NCBI GenBank assembly: GCA_964016885.1
Contig: OZ024743.1
Coordinates: 64,046,001-64,110,000, forward strand
Source of the DNA: Eledone cirrhosa
Lineage: Eukaryota
Reading direction: 5' to 3'
DNA length: 64,000 nt
This document shows positions 38,883-51,145 of this stretch, one piece after another (positions within the stretch are counted from its first letter, which is position 1; each line of letters starts with the position of its first letter). The notes below the pieces were generated by a model that saw nothing but the letters and a program-made list of their open reading frames with translations, was not told where the DNA came from and did not search any database. A program made the translations under genes and the position numbers.

Positions 38883-39040
38883 TACAAACAAACTAGATGC
38901 ATATATGTACATACACATATACAAGATATATGTACATACACATATACAAGCTATATGTATATGTATACATACATGCAAACACACACATATATATATATAT
39001 ATACATGCATCATTATCATTATTTAAGGGATGTTAAATGT

Positions 39041-39272
<232 letters not shown>

Positions 39273-39496
39273 AGAATGTTTCTGATTAGAATCTTTTAGG
39301 TTTTTATTTCAACCGGCCACCCAACCAGTAGCAATAATATAAAGAGATGATTTTGTAAAATATGAAAGTTTATCTTACAAAATCGGAGGATTATTTCTGT
39401 TCTTTTCCGGAATACTCTTCATAACTGATCTGAGGCAGCATATGGTTTAGTAGTTAGGATGTTTTGCTGGTGGTTGTAAAGTCATAGGTTCTATTC

Positions 39497-40870
39497 ATAG
39501 TGATATCATGAGCCAGTGATATCAGGAGTCCGTCGGGCAGCGATATCATGTGTCCTTGAGCCAGTGATACCAAGTTTCCTTGAACCAGTGATATCATGTG
39601 TTCTTGAGCCAGCAATATGTGCCATTGAGCCAGTGATATCATGTGTCCTTGAGCCAGTGATATCATCTGTCCTTGAGCCAGTGATATCATGTGTCCTTGA
39701 GCCAGCAGCGATATCATGTGTTCTTCAGCCAGTGATATCATGTGTCCATGATCCAGCAATATCATGTGTCCTTCAGCCAGTGATATCATCTGTCTCTAAG
39801 CCAGTGATATCATGTATGCTTGAGCCAGTGATATCATGTGTCCTTCAGCCAGTGGTATCATGTGTCCCTGAGCCAGTGATATCACCTGTCCTTGAGACAG
39901 TGGTATCATGTGTCCTTGAGCCAGTTGTATCATGTGTCCTTGAGTCAGTGATATCATGTGTCCTTGAGCCAGCGTTATCTTGTGTCCTTTAGCCAGTGAT
40001 ATCATGTGTCCTTTAGCCAGTGATATCATCTGTTCTTGAACCAGTGATATCAAGTGTTCTTGAGTCAATGATAGCATGTGTCCTTGAGCCAGTGATATAA
40101 TGTGTCCTTGAGCCAGTGATTTCATGTGTCCCTAAGCCAGTGATATCATGTGTCCTTGAGCCAGTGATATCATGTGTCCTTGAGCCAGCAATATCATGAC
40201 CTTGAGCCAGTGATATCATGTGTCATTGGGCCAGTGATATCATCTATCCTTGAGCCAGTGATATCATCTGTCCTTGAGCCAATGATATCATGTGTTCTTG
40301 AGCCAGTGATATCATGTGTCCCTAAGCCAATGATATCATGTGTCCTTGAGCCAGTGATATCATGTTTCCCTAAGCCATGATATCATGTGTCCCTAAGCCA
40401 GTAATCATGTGTCCCTGAGACAGTGGTATCATGTGTCCTTGAGCCAGTGATATCATGTGTCCTTGAGTCAGTGATATTATGTGTCCTTAAGCCTGTGATA
40501 TCATGTGTCCTTGAGCTGGGTATATTATGTGTCCTTGAGCCAGTGATATTATGTGCCCTTCAGCCAGTAATATCATTTGTCCTTGAGCGAGTGATATCAT
40601 GTGTCCTTCAGTCAGTGATATCATGTGTCCTTAAGCCTGTGATATCATCTGTCCTTGGGCCTGTGATATCATCTGTCCTTGAGCCTGTGATATCATGTGT
40701 TCATGAGCCTGTGATATCATGTGTCCTTGAGCCTGTGATATCATGTGTCCTTGAATCAGTGATATCAGGTGACTTTGGGCCAGTGATATTATGTGTTCTT
40801 GAGCCAGCAATATCATGTGTCCTTGAGCCAGCGCTATAATGTCCTTGTGTAAGTGATATCATGTGTCCTT
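39497..40870 (+). repeat. 24-bp minisatellite (about 55 units) expanded inside a family B SINE
   Basis: Unit gagccagtgatatcatgtgtcctt. Confidence 0.95.
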
Positions 40871-41139
40871 AATAAGACATGTTAATTTATATTTTGTTAC
40901 ATTTTCATGCTTTCATAATTACATTTGAACCACTTTAGAGAGTGTTTCAGTGTTTTCGTGGGGGGGGGGGCAGTCTTTCCTTGGGCACTCCTCTGAGCAT
41001 AGGTCAACACAAACTTTTCCCTGACCATAACAGTCCTGGGCTCCAACTGTCTCCAGGAATGTCCTAACCTTTTTTGCTTCTTTTCTTTTCTAATGCAAGC
41101 TTTGGACTACTAGCCATAATGGAGTTATTTATTGAATGA

Positions 41140-41500
41140 ACTGGGTGCATTTTACCATGGCACCAGCACTATTTCTTTATCGAGTGAACTGGATGTATGT
41201 TATCATGGCACCAGCACTACTACATTACAGAGCATACTGGGTGTGTTATCATGACACCAACACTACCACTTCACAGAGTGTACTGGGTGTATTTTATAAC
41301 ACCAGCTCTACATTATAGAGAGCATAGTGGGTGCATTTGATCATGGCACCAGTACAAACACTTTACAGAGTGTACTAGGTGTATGTTATCATGACACCAG
41401 CACTATCATTTTACAGAGCATATGTGGCATATTTTATGGAGAGCACCAGCATTAGAGAGGTTGTCAGATGTTCAGCTAGAGATAAGAGTCCTCTCTGTTT
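41140..41500 (-). repeat. About 46-bp degenerate tandem repeat of the RTE/SINE tail module
   Basis: Reverse complement of the 11740-12020 units. Confidence 0.7.
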
Positions 41501-41565
41501 TATATTGTCTCCGTTTGATCTGCCAATTTAATACCACATAAACAGCAAGACCACATTTTGGTAAG

Positions 41566-41567
<2 letters not shown>

Positions 41568-41598
<31 letters not shown>

Positions 41599-41912
41599 TA
41601 GTTGTTGTTGATGCTGGTGTGTTATTGCTGTGTTGTTGTGATGATGGTGGTGGTGTGTTCATTGTTGATGTTGTTGTGATGGTGGTGGTGATTGTTGGAG
41701 GTGTTGTTATTGTTGTTGTAGTTGTTGTTGTTGTTGTTGTAGTTGTTGTTGTTGTTGTTCTGATAGTAGTGATGGAGTTGTTGTCACTATTTATCTTCAT
41801 CAAACAGAGCAGAAGTAACAAAAGTACCACTACCACCAATGCCACCCCACTAACACCACCACCACCACCATCCCACTACCCTCACCACCACCACCACTAT
41901 AACCGTCACCAC
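41568..41912. repeat. Mixed trinucleotide repeats (GCT/GTT/GGT/CAC)
   Basis: Directly visible. Confidence 0.9.
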
Positions 41913-42050
41913 AAAATGTCTAAATGTTACAATGACTAAAGGTTAGAGTGAAATAATTTTTTGAAACTACAGCAACTTTTGAAATATGAATTTAAAGATA
42001 TTCAATTTATTTCACTCATTGTAACATTTAGATATATATGACACCATCTC

Positions 42051-42480
42051 TCTCTATATAAAACAGAGGATGTGTCTGTGTAAACCCCTAAAACTCAAGA
42101 AGTATCCGACCGATTTTTTTCAAACTTTACACATGCGTTACTTATATTTCTTGAAGTGCAATGGGCTAAACACTTTTAAACTTTATCTGCCCTAGGCAAA
42201 AAACCGCATTTTTTTGGCATTTTTAGGGTTTTTTGAGGCGTAACTTAAAGATAATCCAGCTGATTTCCTCGAAATTTGCAGCACACATTAGTTAGTCCCC
42301 TCGCATTGCTATGGACAAAATATTTCCGATTCCATTAATGGTTTCTAGGAAATTTACGAATTAGCATGCCATTTTCATTTTCAATATAAACGTGACTTAA
42401 ACATCGTAAGTACTCTTTTTCCTGCTCCAGCCATCCGGCTGAGTTCATGCTGGGGCGTATAATATTTCGTTAAAAATTTG
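42051..42480 (+). mobile_element. Helitron-like element 5' part
   Basis: ctatataaaacagaggatgtgtctgtg..ctaaaactcaagaagtatccgaccg; homologous to 13440-13560 and 13596-13750. Confidence 0.55.
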
Positions 42481-42876
42481 GTTTATTTAACAAAGGACAC
42501 AACACTTACTTACTTTTAAGCAGGACCATTTTCAGGGGATTGAGGAAATGAGGAGGACCTTAAAAGTTTTGTCGGCGCCCTGTTGACGCTTCGTGCTTTG
42601 ATCACACACAAATCTGAGCCCTGTGTACGTTGCCGTGTTATTGACACTGTAAATCTCACATCTGTGCTACTTCTACTATGACCCCTTTTGTTGCACCTAC
42701 ACCGCAGTATAAACGCCCTGCACAAGTACGCTGAACAGTGGTTGTGTTAATTCCACGGTGACCCCTTTTGTCACACCTTTGTTGCTGTGTAAACGCTGTG
42801 CAACCAGTGCCGCCCAGCATTTATGCTAATTGCACGATGACCCCCTGGTGTTGTCCAGTAGAAGCAAGGGGGGACA

Positions 42877-42920
42877 ACCGTCTATGCATTTCAGGCTTGA
42901 CTGGCCATCGTCAGGACGAT
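42877..42920 (-). ncRNA. Minimal type I hammerhead ribozyme (AUA site)
   Basis: atcgtc CTGACGA t-ggc-cagtcaa-gcc-t GAAA tgca TA gacggt. Confidence 0.88.
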
Positions 42921-43037
42921 CCCTACCCCTCTTGCGACTGCTGGACTTGAAAACTGCCGAGAATATATAGTTTTCTCGTCTGTGTAATTGAGGTGATTAA
43001 TCTCATTTACATATGAAGCATAAGTTGGCTCAACTTA

Positions 43038-43205
43038 TAATAAAAAAGAAAATTTTGCTTTGAGCATAGCTTTATACAATATGTATTAAAGTTTTTAGGA
43101 AGCCGTAGCTATGTAAAGACCGGTCTTTACATAGCTACAGCTTCCTAAAAACTTCAATACATATTGTATAAAGCTATGCTCAAAGCGAAATTTTCTCTTT
43201 TTTAT
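43038..43205. repeat. Spacerless palindrome centred on accggt (43121/43122)
   Basis: About 84-bp arms with a few mismatches. Confidence 0.92.
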
Positions 43206-43232
43206 CTTATTAATTGTTTATTAATTTAATAA

Positions 43233-43334
43233 ACTCTGATGATTTCTATGGCTTGTACTGACTAACAGCAAATTGTTAAATAAGATAATTTTCTTTTTAA
43301 ATGTATATTGTTATAGGAAGAAACAATTGTCAGT
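43233..43334 (+). ncRNA. Type I hammerhead with long stem II (GUC site)
   Basis: act CTGATGA tttctatggc...gttataggaa GAAA caattg TC agt; stem I is short. Confidence 0.72.
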
Positions 43335-43490
43335 AATTAAAGGTCTTAAACTTTTAAAATTGGTTAATCACTGCATTACAATTATACATTGGTTCGGTTT
43401 GATTCAACTACCATAGCATTGAACTAAAATACGCCTGGTAAATGAGTAAAACCTATTTCTTACTCTCATAGATATTATTATATATGTATG

Positions 43491-43544
<54 letters not shown>

Positions 43545-44253
43545 TATATATGATGTGCATTCAAATATGAAGTCTCAACTACGCTGGGCAGGGCATGTCT
43601 CCAGGATGAAGGATCATCATCTGCCCAGGATCATGCTGTACAGCAAACTCTCCACTGGTCATTGTGGACCCCAACCCATCCTATTTATTTTATAACATAT
43701 GGAATTTCTAGTCATGTACTTTTTTGTCATGTTTAATGTTTTTTAATGTATAAAGAAAATTAATTGTCACAGGAATGCTACCACTTAAAATAAAATTTTG
43801 CAGGAGATAGATTAGCAAACTTTAATAAATGGGAGGTGGTGGGGATAAAAATCTGAAAAATTAATGGGTGGGGTGGGGTGAGGAGAGGGGGTCATTTTTC
43901 AAGATCCGAGAATACCTGGAACTGTGGAAATTCATACTAATTCTATCTGCTACTCTTCTGAAAACTAAATATGATCCGAATGACCCAGTTGTTTCTACTT
44001 TTGGCACAAGGCCAGCAATTTTGAAGAGAAGGATAAGTCAATTAAATCAACCTCAGTGCATTAACCCTTTAGCATTTACATTACTCTATTATATTTTTGT
44101 GGTAAAGGCTATATCTCTTTGTCACTTTCCGTATGATTGCTTCCAGTATCTTTTATTTCATATTGCTTTTGTTCCACATTGTGGCCGTAGCCTCACTCTA
44201 GCCATAGAGCTTGATTGTATGTTGAACTTGTTTAGTCTCCATCAAGATCTCCA

Positions 44254-44668
44254 TTAACCCTTTAGTATTTAAATTACTCTATATATACTATTGTATTTTT
44301 ACAGTAAGGGCTTTATCTTACATAATTATCTCACATAATATTGAATCTATGAGAATTTGATATTATTTATTTTGAGAAAGGTGGATTGGCAGTATCGGTA
44401 GAGGGTCTGACGCCATGCTTTGCAGCATAGAGTTACGGCCCTTTATGGTCTGAGTTCAAATCCCACCGAGGTTAACTTTGCCTTTCATCCTTAAGGGGTC
44501 GATAAAATAAAGTACCAGTAATATACTGGGATAATTGCTGGCCTTGTGCCAAAAGTAGATACAATTATTTATTTTGAGAACAATACCTTAACATCAGTAT
44601 GAGTAGCCAGTTATGGCCAGTTAGAGAATTCTGGCCGGATACAGCTGATAAAAATGTTAAAGGGTTAA
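44254..44668. mobile_element. piggyBac-like MITE containing a nested SINE
   Basis: TTAA-ccctttag ... taaaggg-TTAA. Confidence 0.75.
44379..44563 (+). mobile_element. SINE family A with 17-bp TSD
   Basis: TSD attatttattttgagaa at 44362-44378 and 44564-44580. Confidence 0.9.
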
Positions 44669-44669
44669 T

Positions 44670-45137
44670 GGTACTTTATTTTATCAACCTTTTAAGGATG
44701 AAAGGTGAAGTTGACCTTGGCGGGATTTGAACTCAGAACCTAGTGGGTCAACATTTTCAGTTCAAATCCCACCGGGGTTAACTTCACCTTTCATCTTTAT
44801 GGGGTTGATAAAATAATAATTATTTTCCTTATTTTTAATTTAGGTACAAGGCCAATAATTAGGGGGAAAGGAAAGTTGATTAAATTGACCCCAATACTGG
44901 ACTGGTACTTTATTTATTGACTAACTTAGGAAAGAATGGAAGGAAAAATTTACCTTTACAACAACAACAACAATAATAATTGTTTCTACTTTTGGCACAA
45001 GGCCAGAAATTACCCAGTGTATTACTGATACTTTATTTTATCGACCCCATAAGGATGAAAGGCAAAGTTAACCTCGGTGGGATTTGAATTCAGAATGGCA
45101 AGGGCCGTAACTCTATGCATCAAAGCATGGCGTCCAA
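44670..45137. mobile_element. Cluster of SINE family A fragments in both orientations
   Basis: Repeated ggtactttattttatc..ggatgaaagg..gggatttgaa motifs. Confidence 0.8.
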
Positions 45138-45151
45138 ATAATAATAATAAG

Positions 45152-45505
45152 TCAAAGACCCCAAAGAAAAAAATGCCTTCTAATAAATGAATCTATCCCC
45201 ACAGATGACAATATATCTTCCAAGGAAATAGAGAAACTCTCCAAATATAAAGATCTAGAGATAGAAATAACTTGAATGTGGAAAATGAAAACAGAAACAA
45301 TACATATAATAATAGGTACTCTAGGAATGATAAACCACACACAGACAAATAGATAGCGAAAACCCCAGGACTTACAAATATATACAGCATACAAAAGATA
45401 GCACTACTAGGCACTGCACACATATTACGAAAAGTACTATCAATACTATAGAAACAACCTCAGCAAAAACTACACTGCTCATACCCAAGGCACACAGAGC
45501 TGTGC
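45152..45505 (+). mobile_element. R4/Dong-clade 3' fragment (degenerate restriction-like endonuclease)
   Basis: KEIEKLSKYKDLEIEI..IIIGTLG..IQKIALLGTAHILRKVL, within (AAT)n. Confidence 0.8.
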
Positions 45506-45569
45506 TCAGTAAAGCAGTAATGATGAACAATAAAAATAATAATGGAAATAATAATAATAATAATAATAA

Positions 45570-45980
45570 TAAACTGGAACACAATAGACCTGACCTGGTG
45601 GTTGTGGACAAAGAAAAAAGATCGTGTCTGATTGTGGATGTGGCCTGCCCGTTCGACACGAGAGTGCAAGAGAAGGAGAGGGAGAAAATTAACCGATACC
45701 AGGACCTAAAGTGGGAGGTGAAAAGGATTTGGAACTGCCATGAAGTCAAAGTGATCCCGATTGTCATAGGCGCACTGGGGACTATCTCCAAAAGTTTCCA
45801 GGGATGGTTAAAAAAAATCGGCCCCTTCACGCTTTTTGGAACGCTTCAAAAGGCATGCTTGCTTGGAACAGCAAGAACCCTCCGATACGTCCTGAATATC
45901 TGAGGCTGCAGGTAGTGGCTTGATATTCAATCCAACGGACTTTCCAGTTAACCAACATCAATGACTGAGATTCAAGGAAT
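45570..45980 (+). mobile_element. R4/Dong-clade 3' fragment (restriction-like endonuclease)
   Basis: HNRPDLVVVDK..IVDVACPFD..EKINRYQDL..PIVIGALG..LQKACLLGTARTLR, flanked by (AAT)n. Confidence 0.88.
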
Positions 45981-46016
45981 AACAACAATAATAATAATAA
46001 TAGTAATAATAATAAT

Positions 46017-46337
46017 GTTTTCTTTATTAACCACAAGGGTTTACATAAAGTAGACATTAAGGACAGTACAGGACAATACAGGACGGTACAAATGGGCATT
46101 TCTGCGTGTAAAAAAAACAGCGGATGAAATAAAATAACAAAGAAATATTCCCCAATAGGGGGGAGACTTCCGAGGGACATTTGTGGAGAAAGCCCATTAA
46201 AAGACCACAGTGGTCCTGACCACCAGGGCAAGTGCCCTCTCCCAGTTTTCCACCTTTAATTTACAGACACATACTCAGAGAAGGCCCATTCATTCGGGCC
46301 ATACTTGCCTCTCTCACCCATCTTTCAACAAAAAGCA
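46017..46337 (-). mobile_element. Tx1-family 3' fragment
   Basis: gagaaggcccattca..cgggccat..tcacccatctttca matches 21943-21995; flanked by (AAT)n. Confidence 0.75.
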
Positions 46338-46720
46338 TAATAATAATAATAATAATGATAATGGTTTATTTATTTATTAATAAGGATAATAGTAAGTTAA
46401 TGTTAAGAGATTTTCTCATACAACCAAAATGAGCTGAATGTTTTGTTTTTGATACAAATAAAATTATAAAACAAAAATAAAAAAAGAAATGATGATCTTA
46501 TTATTTCACAAACACTTTCACCCTTGTCACCTCCACTTCACCATCCCAATACCCCACCTCCACCCCAGCCCTATCCCTAAACAAACAAGAAACAGGAAGT
46601 AACCCCCACCCCACTCCTCCAATAACTAACTTCTCAGGCCATATATCACCAGACAAATCTCCCCATATATAAAAAATAATTACTTCACACCATTTTCATA
46701 TAGGATCATGGCATTGTAGC

Positions 46721-47505
46721 CAGTACAACACTGGTACCAACTAAATGAATACACTCTCAGTACAACACTGGTACCAACTAAATGAATACACTCTCAGTAC
46801 AACACTGGTACCAACTTAACGAATACACCCCCCCCCCAGTACAACACTGGTACCAACTTAACGAATACACTCCCCTAGTACAGCACTGGTACCAACTAAA
46901 TGAATACACTCCCTCAGTATATCACTGGTACCAACTTAACGAATACACTTCTCCAGTACAACACTGGTACCAACTTAATGAATACACTTCCCCGGTACAA
47001 CACTGGTACCAAGTTAATGACTACACTCCCCAGTACATCACTGGTACCAACTTAACCAATACACTTCCCTCAGTATATCACTGTTACCAACTTAACCCCC
47101 CCTTCCCCCAGTACAACACTGGTACCAACTTAACGAATACACTTCCTCAGTACATCACTGGTACCAACTTAACGAATACACTTCTCCAGTACATCACTGG
47201 TACCAAGTTAACGAATACACTTCCTCAGTACAACACTGGTACCAAGTTAACGAATACACTTCCTCAGTACATCACTGGTACCAACTTAACGAATACACTT
47301 GCCTCAGTATATCACTGTTACCAACTTAACCCCCCACCCCACCCCACCCCCACCCAGTATAACACTGGTACCAACTTAACGAATACACTTCCCCAGTACA
47401 TCACTGGTACTAATACATTTCTCCAGTGCATCACTGGTACTAATACACTGACCCTAGTGCATCACTGGTACTAATACACTGACCTCAGTACATCACTGGT
47501 ACTGC
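46721..47505 (+). repeat. About 36-bp minisatellite
   Basis: Unit cagtacaacactggtaccaacttaacgaatacacttcc; explains ORF 46782-47474. Confidence 0.92.
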
Positions 47506-47534
47506 CTTCAAAAATGGGAAAAAGAAACTATTCG

Positions 47535-48192
47535 TTTATAACTATATCACCTGGACATGCAGTAAACATATTTCGCTGCAAATAAAGTGTAGAATCATAC
47601 CTTTGATGGCTTATCAACAGGTGGGTCAACAATATGATCCATAGTTCTAAATATATATCAGATAACTAGTATGAGCACATGGTGATAAGAGAAAACATGC
47701 ACACTATACAGCCCATGGTGGTGTGAATGGACCAAAAGACTGCTAAATCCAGCAGCTGAGAACCATTCAACTTAAGAAGCTCTACTTACATATAGAAATG
47801 AATCAGTAGCCAATATATCAAATTAAATAACAGGGTTAAATACTTACATTAATCACCAATAATTTAATGAGCTCAAGGAATCGATTCCGGACTCTTTATA
47901 AGACAGTATATAGAGAGAAATACACAGAGGTATGTGTTCAATTATAGGGGATAGAATACCACCAGAGTGAAAGCCATATTGTTTACAAACGGAATAAAGA
48001 ATGCATAATTAAAAGAATAAGTTAAAATGTACAAACCATCCTTTTATAACTATAACACCTGGGCATGCTGTAAACATGTTTCCCCGCAAATGAAGTGTAG
48101 ATTCATACTGCTGACGGCTTATCAATTCCTTGAGCTTATTAAATTATAGGGGATTAACGCGAGTCTTTAACCCCATTTTTTAATTTGATATA
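47535..48192. repeat. Old direct-repeat plus inversion module
   Basis: 47535-47617 resembles 48043-48125; 47814-47885 resembles the reverse complement of 48121-48192. Confidence 0.7.
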
Positions 48193-48303
48193 TATTTATC
48201 AGGATTTAACCAGTACTAAACTAGTAAGACCATTATACACCAGAGTACTCAATACTATAGTAGTGTGACTATATTAGAAAGAGTTGGGCTCCGACTCTTT
48301 CTA

Positions 48304-48342
<39 letters not shown>

Positions 48343-48376
48343 TATACATATAAATATATATATATACATATAAATC

Positions 48377-48453
<77 letters not shown>

Positions 48454-48688
48454 ATATATATATATATATATATGTCGTTTCTGAATTTGTTTAGCAAGAT
48501 TCTTTATCTGAAATCGTGTGTTGAAACCGATATTGTTATACTTTGGGAGGGTCATGTTGCCAATAAGAAACACACGCACCAGTTGCTTTCACTTCAATTT
48601 AATTTATTATATATTTATAAATTTACAAATTTATAAATTTCTGGTTGGTTGGTTGGTTCCACAACCAGATAGTTGTTTATATATATAT

Positions 48689-48733
48689 AGTCATAGTTCT
48701 TTCGTCACACACTCTGTGACCTCTTCAGTGACT
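48689..48733 (-). ncRNA. Minimal type I hammerhead ribozyme
   Basis: Mirror of 48839-48883. Confidence 0.85.
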
Positions 48734-48838
48734 GGGGATTTCTTTCTTCGTTTCTGTGCCTTTCCTTTCTTCTATCCTACGCCATTTTGGCGTAGGATAG
48801 AAGAAAGGAAAGGCACAGAAACGAAGAAAGAAATCCCC

Positions 48839-48883
48839 AGTCACTGAAGAGGTCACAGAGTGTGTGACGAAAGAACTATGACT
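48839..48883 (+). ncRNA. Minimal type I hammerhead ribozyme (CUA site)
   Basis: agtca CTGAAGA g-gtcaca-gagtg-tgtgac GAAA gaac TA tgact. Confidence 0.85.
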
Positions 48884-49169
48884 ATATATATATAAACAAC
48901 TATCTGGTTGTGGAACCAACCAACCAACCAGAAATTTATAAATTTGTAAATTTATAAATATATAATAAATTAAATTGAAGTGAAAGCAACTGGTGCGTGT
49001 GTTTCTTATTGGCAACATGACCCTCCCAAAGTATAACAATATATATATATATGTATATATGTATATATATATATATATATTCGTAGGAAAATGGCATCAG
49101 GAAGCTGTTAAAACAGCAAAATTGCTCATTTTTCTACAAATTCTAATACCTTTGCGTTTCAAAACTCAA

Positions 49170-49987
49170 TCATCATCACCATTTTACGTCCGTTCTTCTA
49201 TGCTAGCATGGGTTAGACGGGTTGTCCTGTTGTGGGCAGTGTCTGGTCGGCTGATTATGCCTTGCTCATACAGGAACTGATTCTGGCTTGATTTCTACAG
49301 CTGGATGCCCTTCCTAACACCAACCTCATTTACAGTGAGTGCTGGGTGCTTTTTTCCGTGGCGCCTACACGTCCACTTTACAGTGTGGGCTGGGTGCTTT
49401 TTTGCCGTGGCACCTCCACGACCACTTTGCAGTGGGGTGGGGGACATATTGTCAATAAGCTTCAGCTTCGGCTTGTTCCTGTGGGGGCTCGGGTCTTCTG
49501 TATTACTGCGTGACGCCAGAGGTCACGGTCGTGTGTCATTACCCTTGAGAGGTGCAATTGGGTAAGGTCAGCCTTTATCACCTCATCCCAGGTCTTCTTG
49601 GGTCTCCCCACTCCGTGGCTTCCATCGACTTCTAGTGGTCTGCACCTTTTTATGCAGCTGTCATCCTTCATACATATCACATGTCCACACCAATGCAACC
49701 TCCTCTCCTGCACACAGCATTTGATTCCTCTTATGCTCAGTCTCTCTCTCTCAATTCGTTTATACTTTGCCGTTCGCGTATATTATTATTACACATACAT
49801 CGGAGCATCCAAGCATCGTTTCTTTCTAATCTGCGCAAGTCTTCTGCAGACAGCGCCCAGGTTTCACTTCCATGTAACATTGCTGTTCGTATACACGCAT
49901 CATACAGTCTGTCTTTCATTTTGAGGGAAAAGCCTTTTGCAGCTATCAGTGGCAGTAACTCCCTGAACTTCTTCCATCCCGTTCTTA

Positions 49988-49988
<1 letters not shown>
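49170..49988 (-). mobile_element. RTE LINE 3' fragment with full UTR
   Basis: LYDACIRTAMLHGSETW..GHVICMKDD..GRPKKTWDEV. Confidence 0.9.
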
Positions 49989-50030
<42 letters not shown>

Positions 50031-50082
50031 TATATATATATATATATATATAGATATATATATATATATAGATATATATATA

Positions 50083-50223
50083 TAAAATAAAATAAAATAA
50101 ATAAGTCAAATGTTTAAAATTTGGCTTCGTTTATTACTGCTATATATGTCACCGAAATATATATAGCAGTAATAAACGAAGCCAAATTTTAAACATTTGA
50201 CCTATTTATTTTATTTTATTTTA
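50083..50223. repeat. Palindrome with a hammerhead 3' half at the turn
   Basis: actgctatatat-gtcaccgaa-atatatagcagt. Confidence 0.88.
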
Positions 50224-50332
50224 CATTACTCCGGAGTAACCAAACCAACCTGCGCACTTCGTCGAGTGCTCCAATCTGCATACTGAGGTGTCGGTATACA
50301 ACCAACATATACTCAAAATACATATATATATA

Positions 50333-50380
<48 letters not shown>

Positions 50381-50404
50381 TATATATATATATTTATATA
50401 TATA

Positions 50405-50580
<176 letters not shown>

Positions 50581-50657
50581 TATATATATATATTATATAT
50601 ATATCATCATCATCATCATCACCGTTTTACGTCCGTTCTTCCACGCTAGCATGGGTA

Positions 50658-50751
<94 letters not shown>

Positions 50752-50753
<2 letters not shown>

Positions 50754-50952
50754 TAAAGTTTAAGCAAAGAATCGCTGCTTTTACCCTTAACAGGATCTTC
50801 TGAACATCCCGTTAAGGGTGAAAGCAGCGATTTTTTGCTTAAACTTTAATCTGTTATTTTAATAAATATTTGCTCTACGGTTCTTATAAATTTCATATAT
50901 ATTTATCCTTATCGAGCCCTCTTTAGATTTTAGTCTTCAAATTTATTATTAT

Positions 50953-50956
<4 letters not shown>
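50752..50956 (+). mobile_element. Fold-back terminus of the PLE family at 1389-3772
   Basis: Inverted repeat 50752-50850 turning at the hammerhead core; the long arm ends atcgagccctcttt..tcaaatttattattattac, as at 3730-3772. Confidence 0.85.
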
Positions 50957-50987
<31 letters not shown>

Positions 50988-51080
50988 TATATCCAGGAGC
51001 ACTATCCGGGAGCTTCCAACAGAAATGGTCGCATTCTTTAAGCGTATGTCAATATTTATTTATAAAACTGATCTATATTA

Positions 51081-51145
51081 TATTTTATCTGATGAAAGCA
51101 CACCATAATTTAACTTGGTGTCCTTGAAATATGTATAATGAAATA
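51081..51145 (+). ncRNA. Minimal type I hammerhead ribozyme (AUA site)
   Basis: tattttat CTGATGA aagcacacca..tggtgtcctt GAAA tatgta TA atgaaata; homolog of 15353-15417. Confidence 0.85.

Larger units (their letters stand above)
48474..49042. repeat. Perfect 513-bp palindrome (48530-49042, 3-nt loop) with longer left arm
   Basis: Mirror ORFs 48518-48847(+) and 48725-49039(-); centre cctacgcca-ttt-tggcgtagg. Confidence 0.97.

Noticed and set aside
39454-40839. Repetitive ORFs or a CRISPR-like array
   Set aside because: Contiguous 24-bp tandem units with no unique spacers, no cas genes and a eukaryotic context
46782-47474. 230-aa repeat protein
   Set aside because: Minisatellite translation that changes frame between units
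49083-49137. Hairpin-rich segment resembling a ribozyme
   Set aside because: No valid core on either strand
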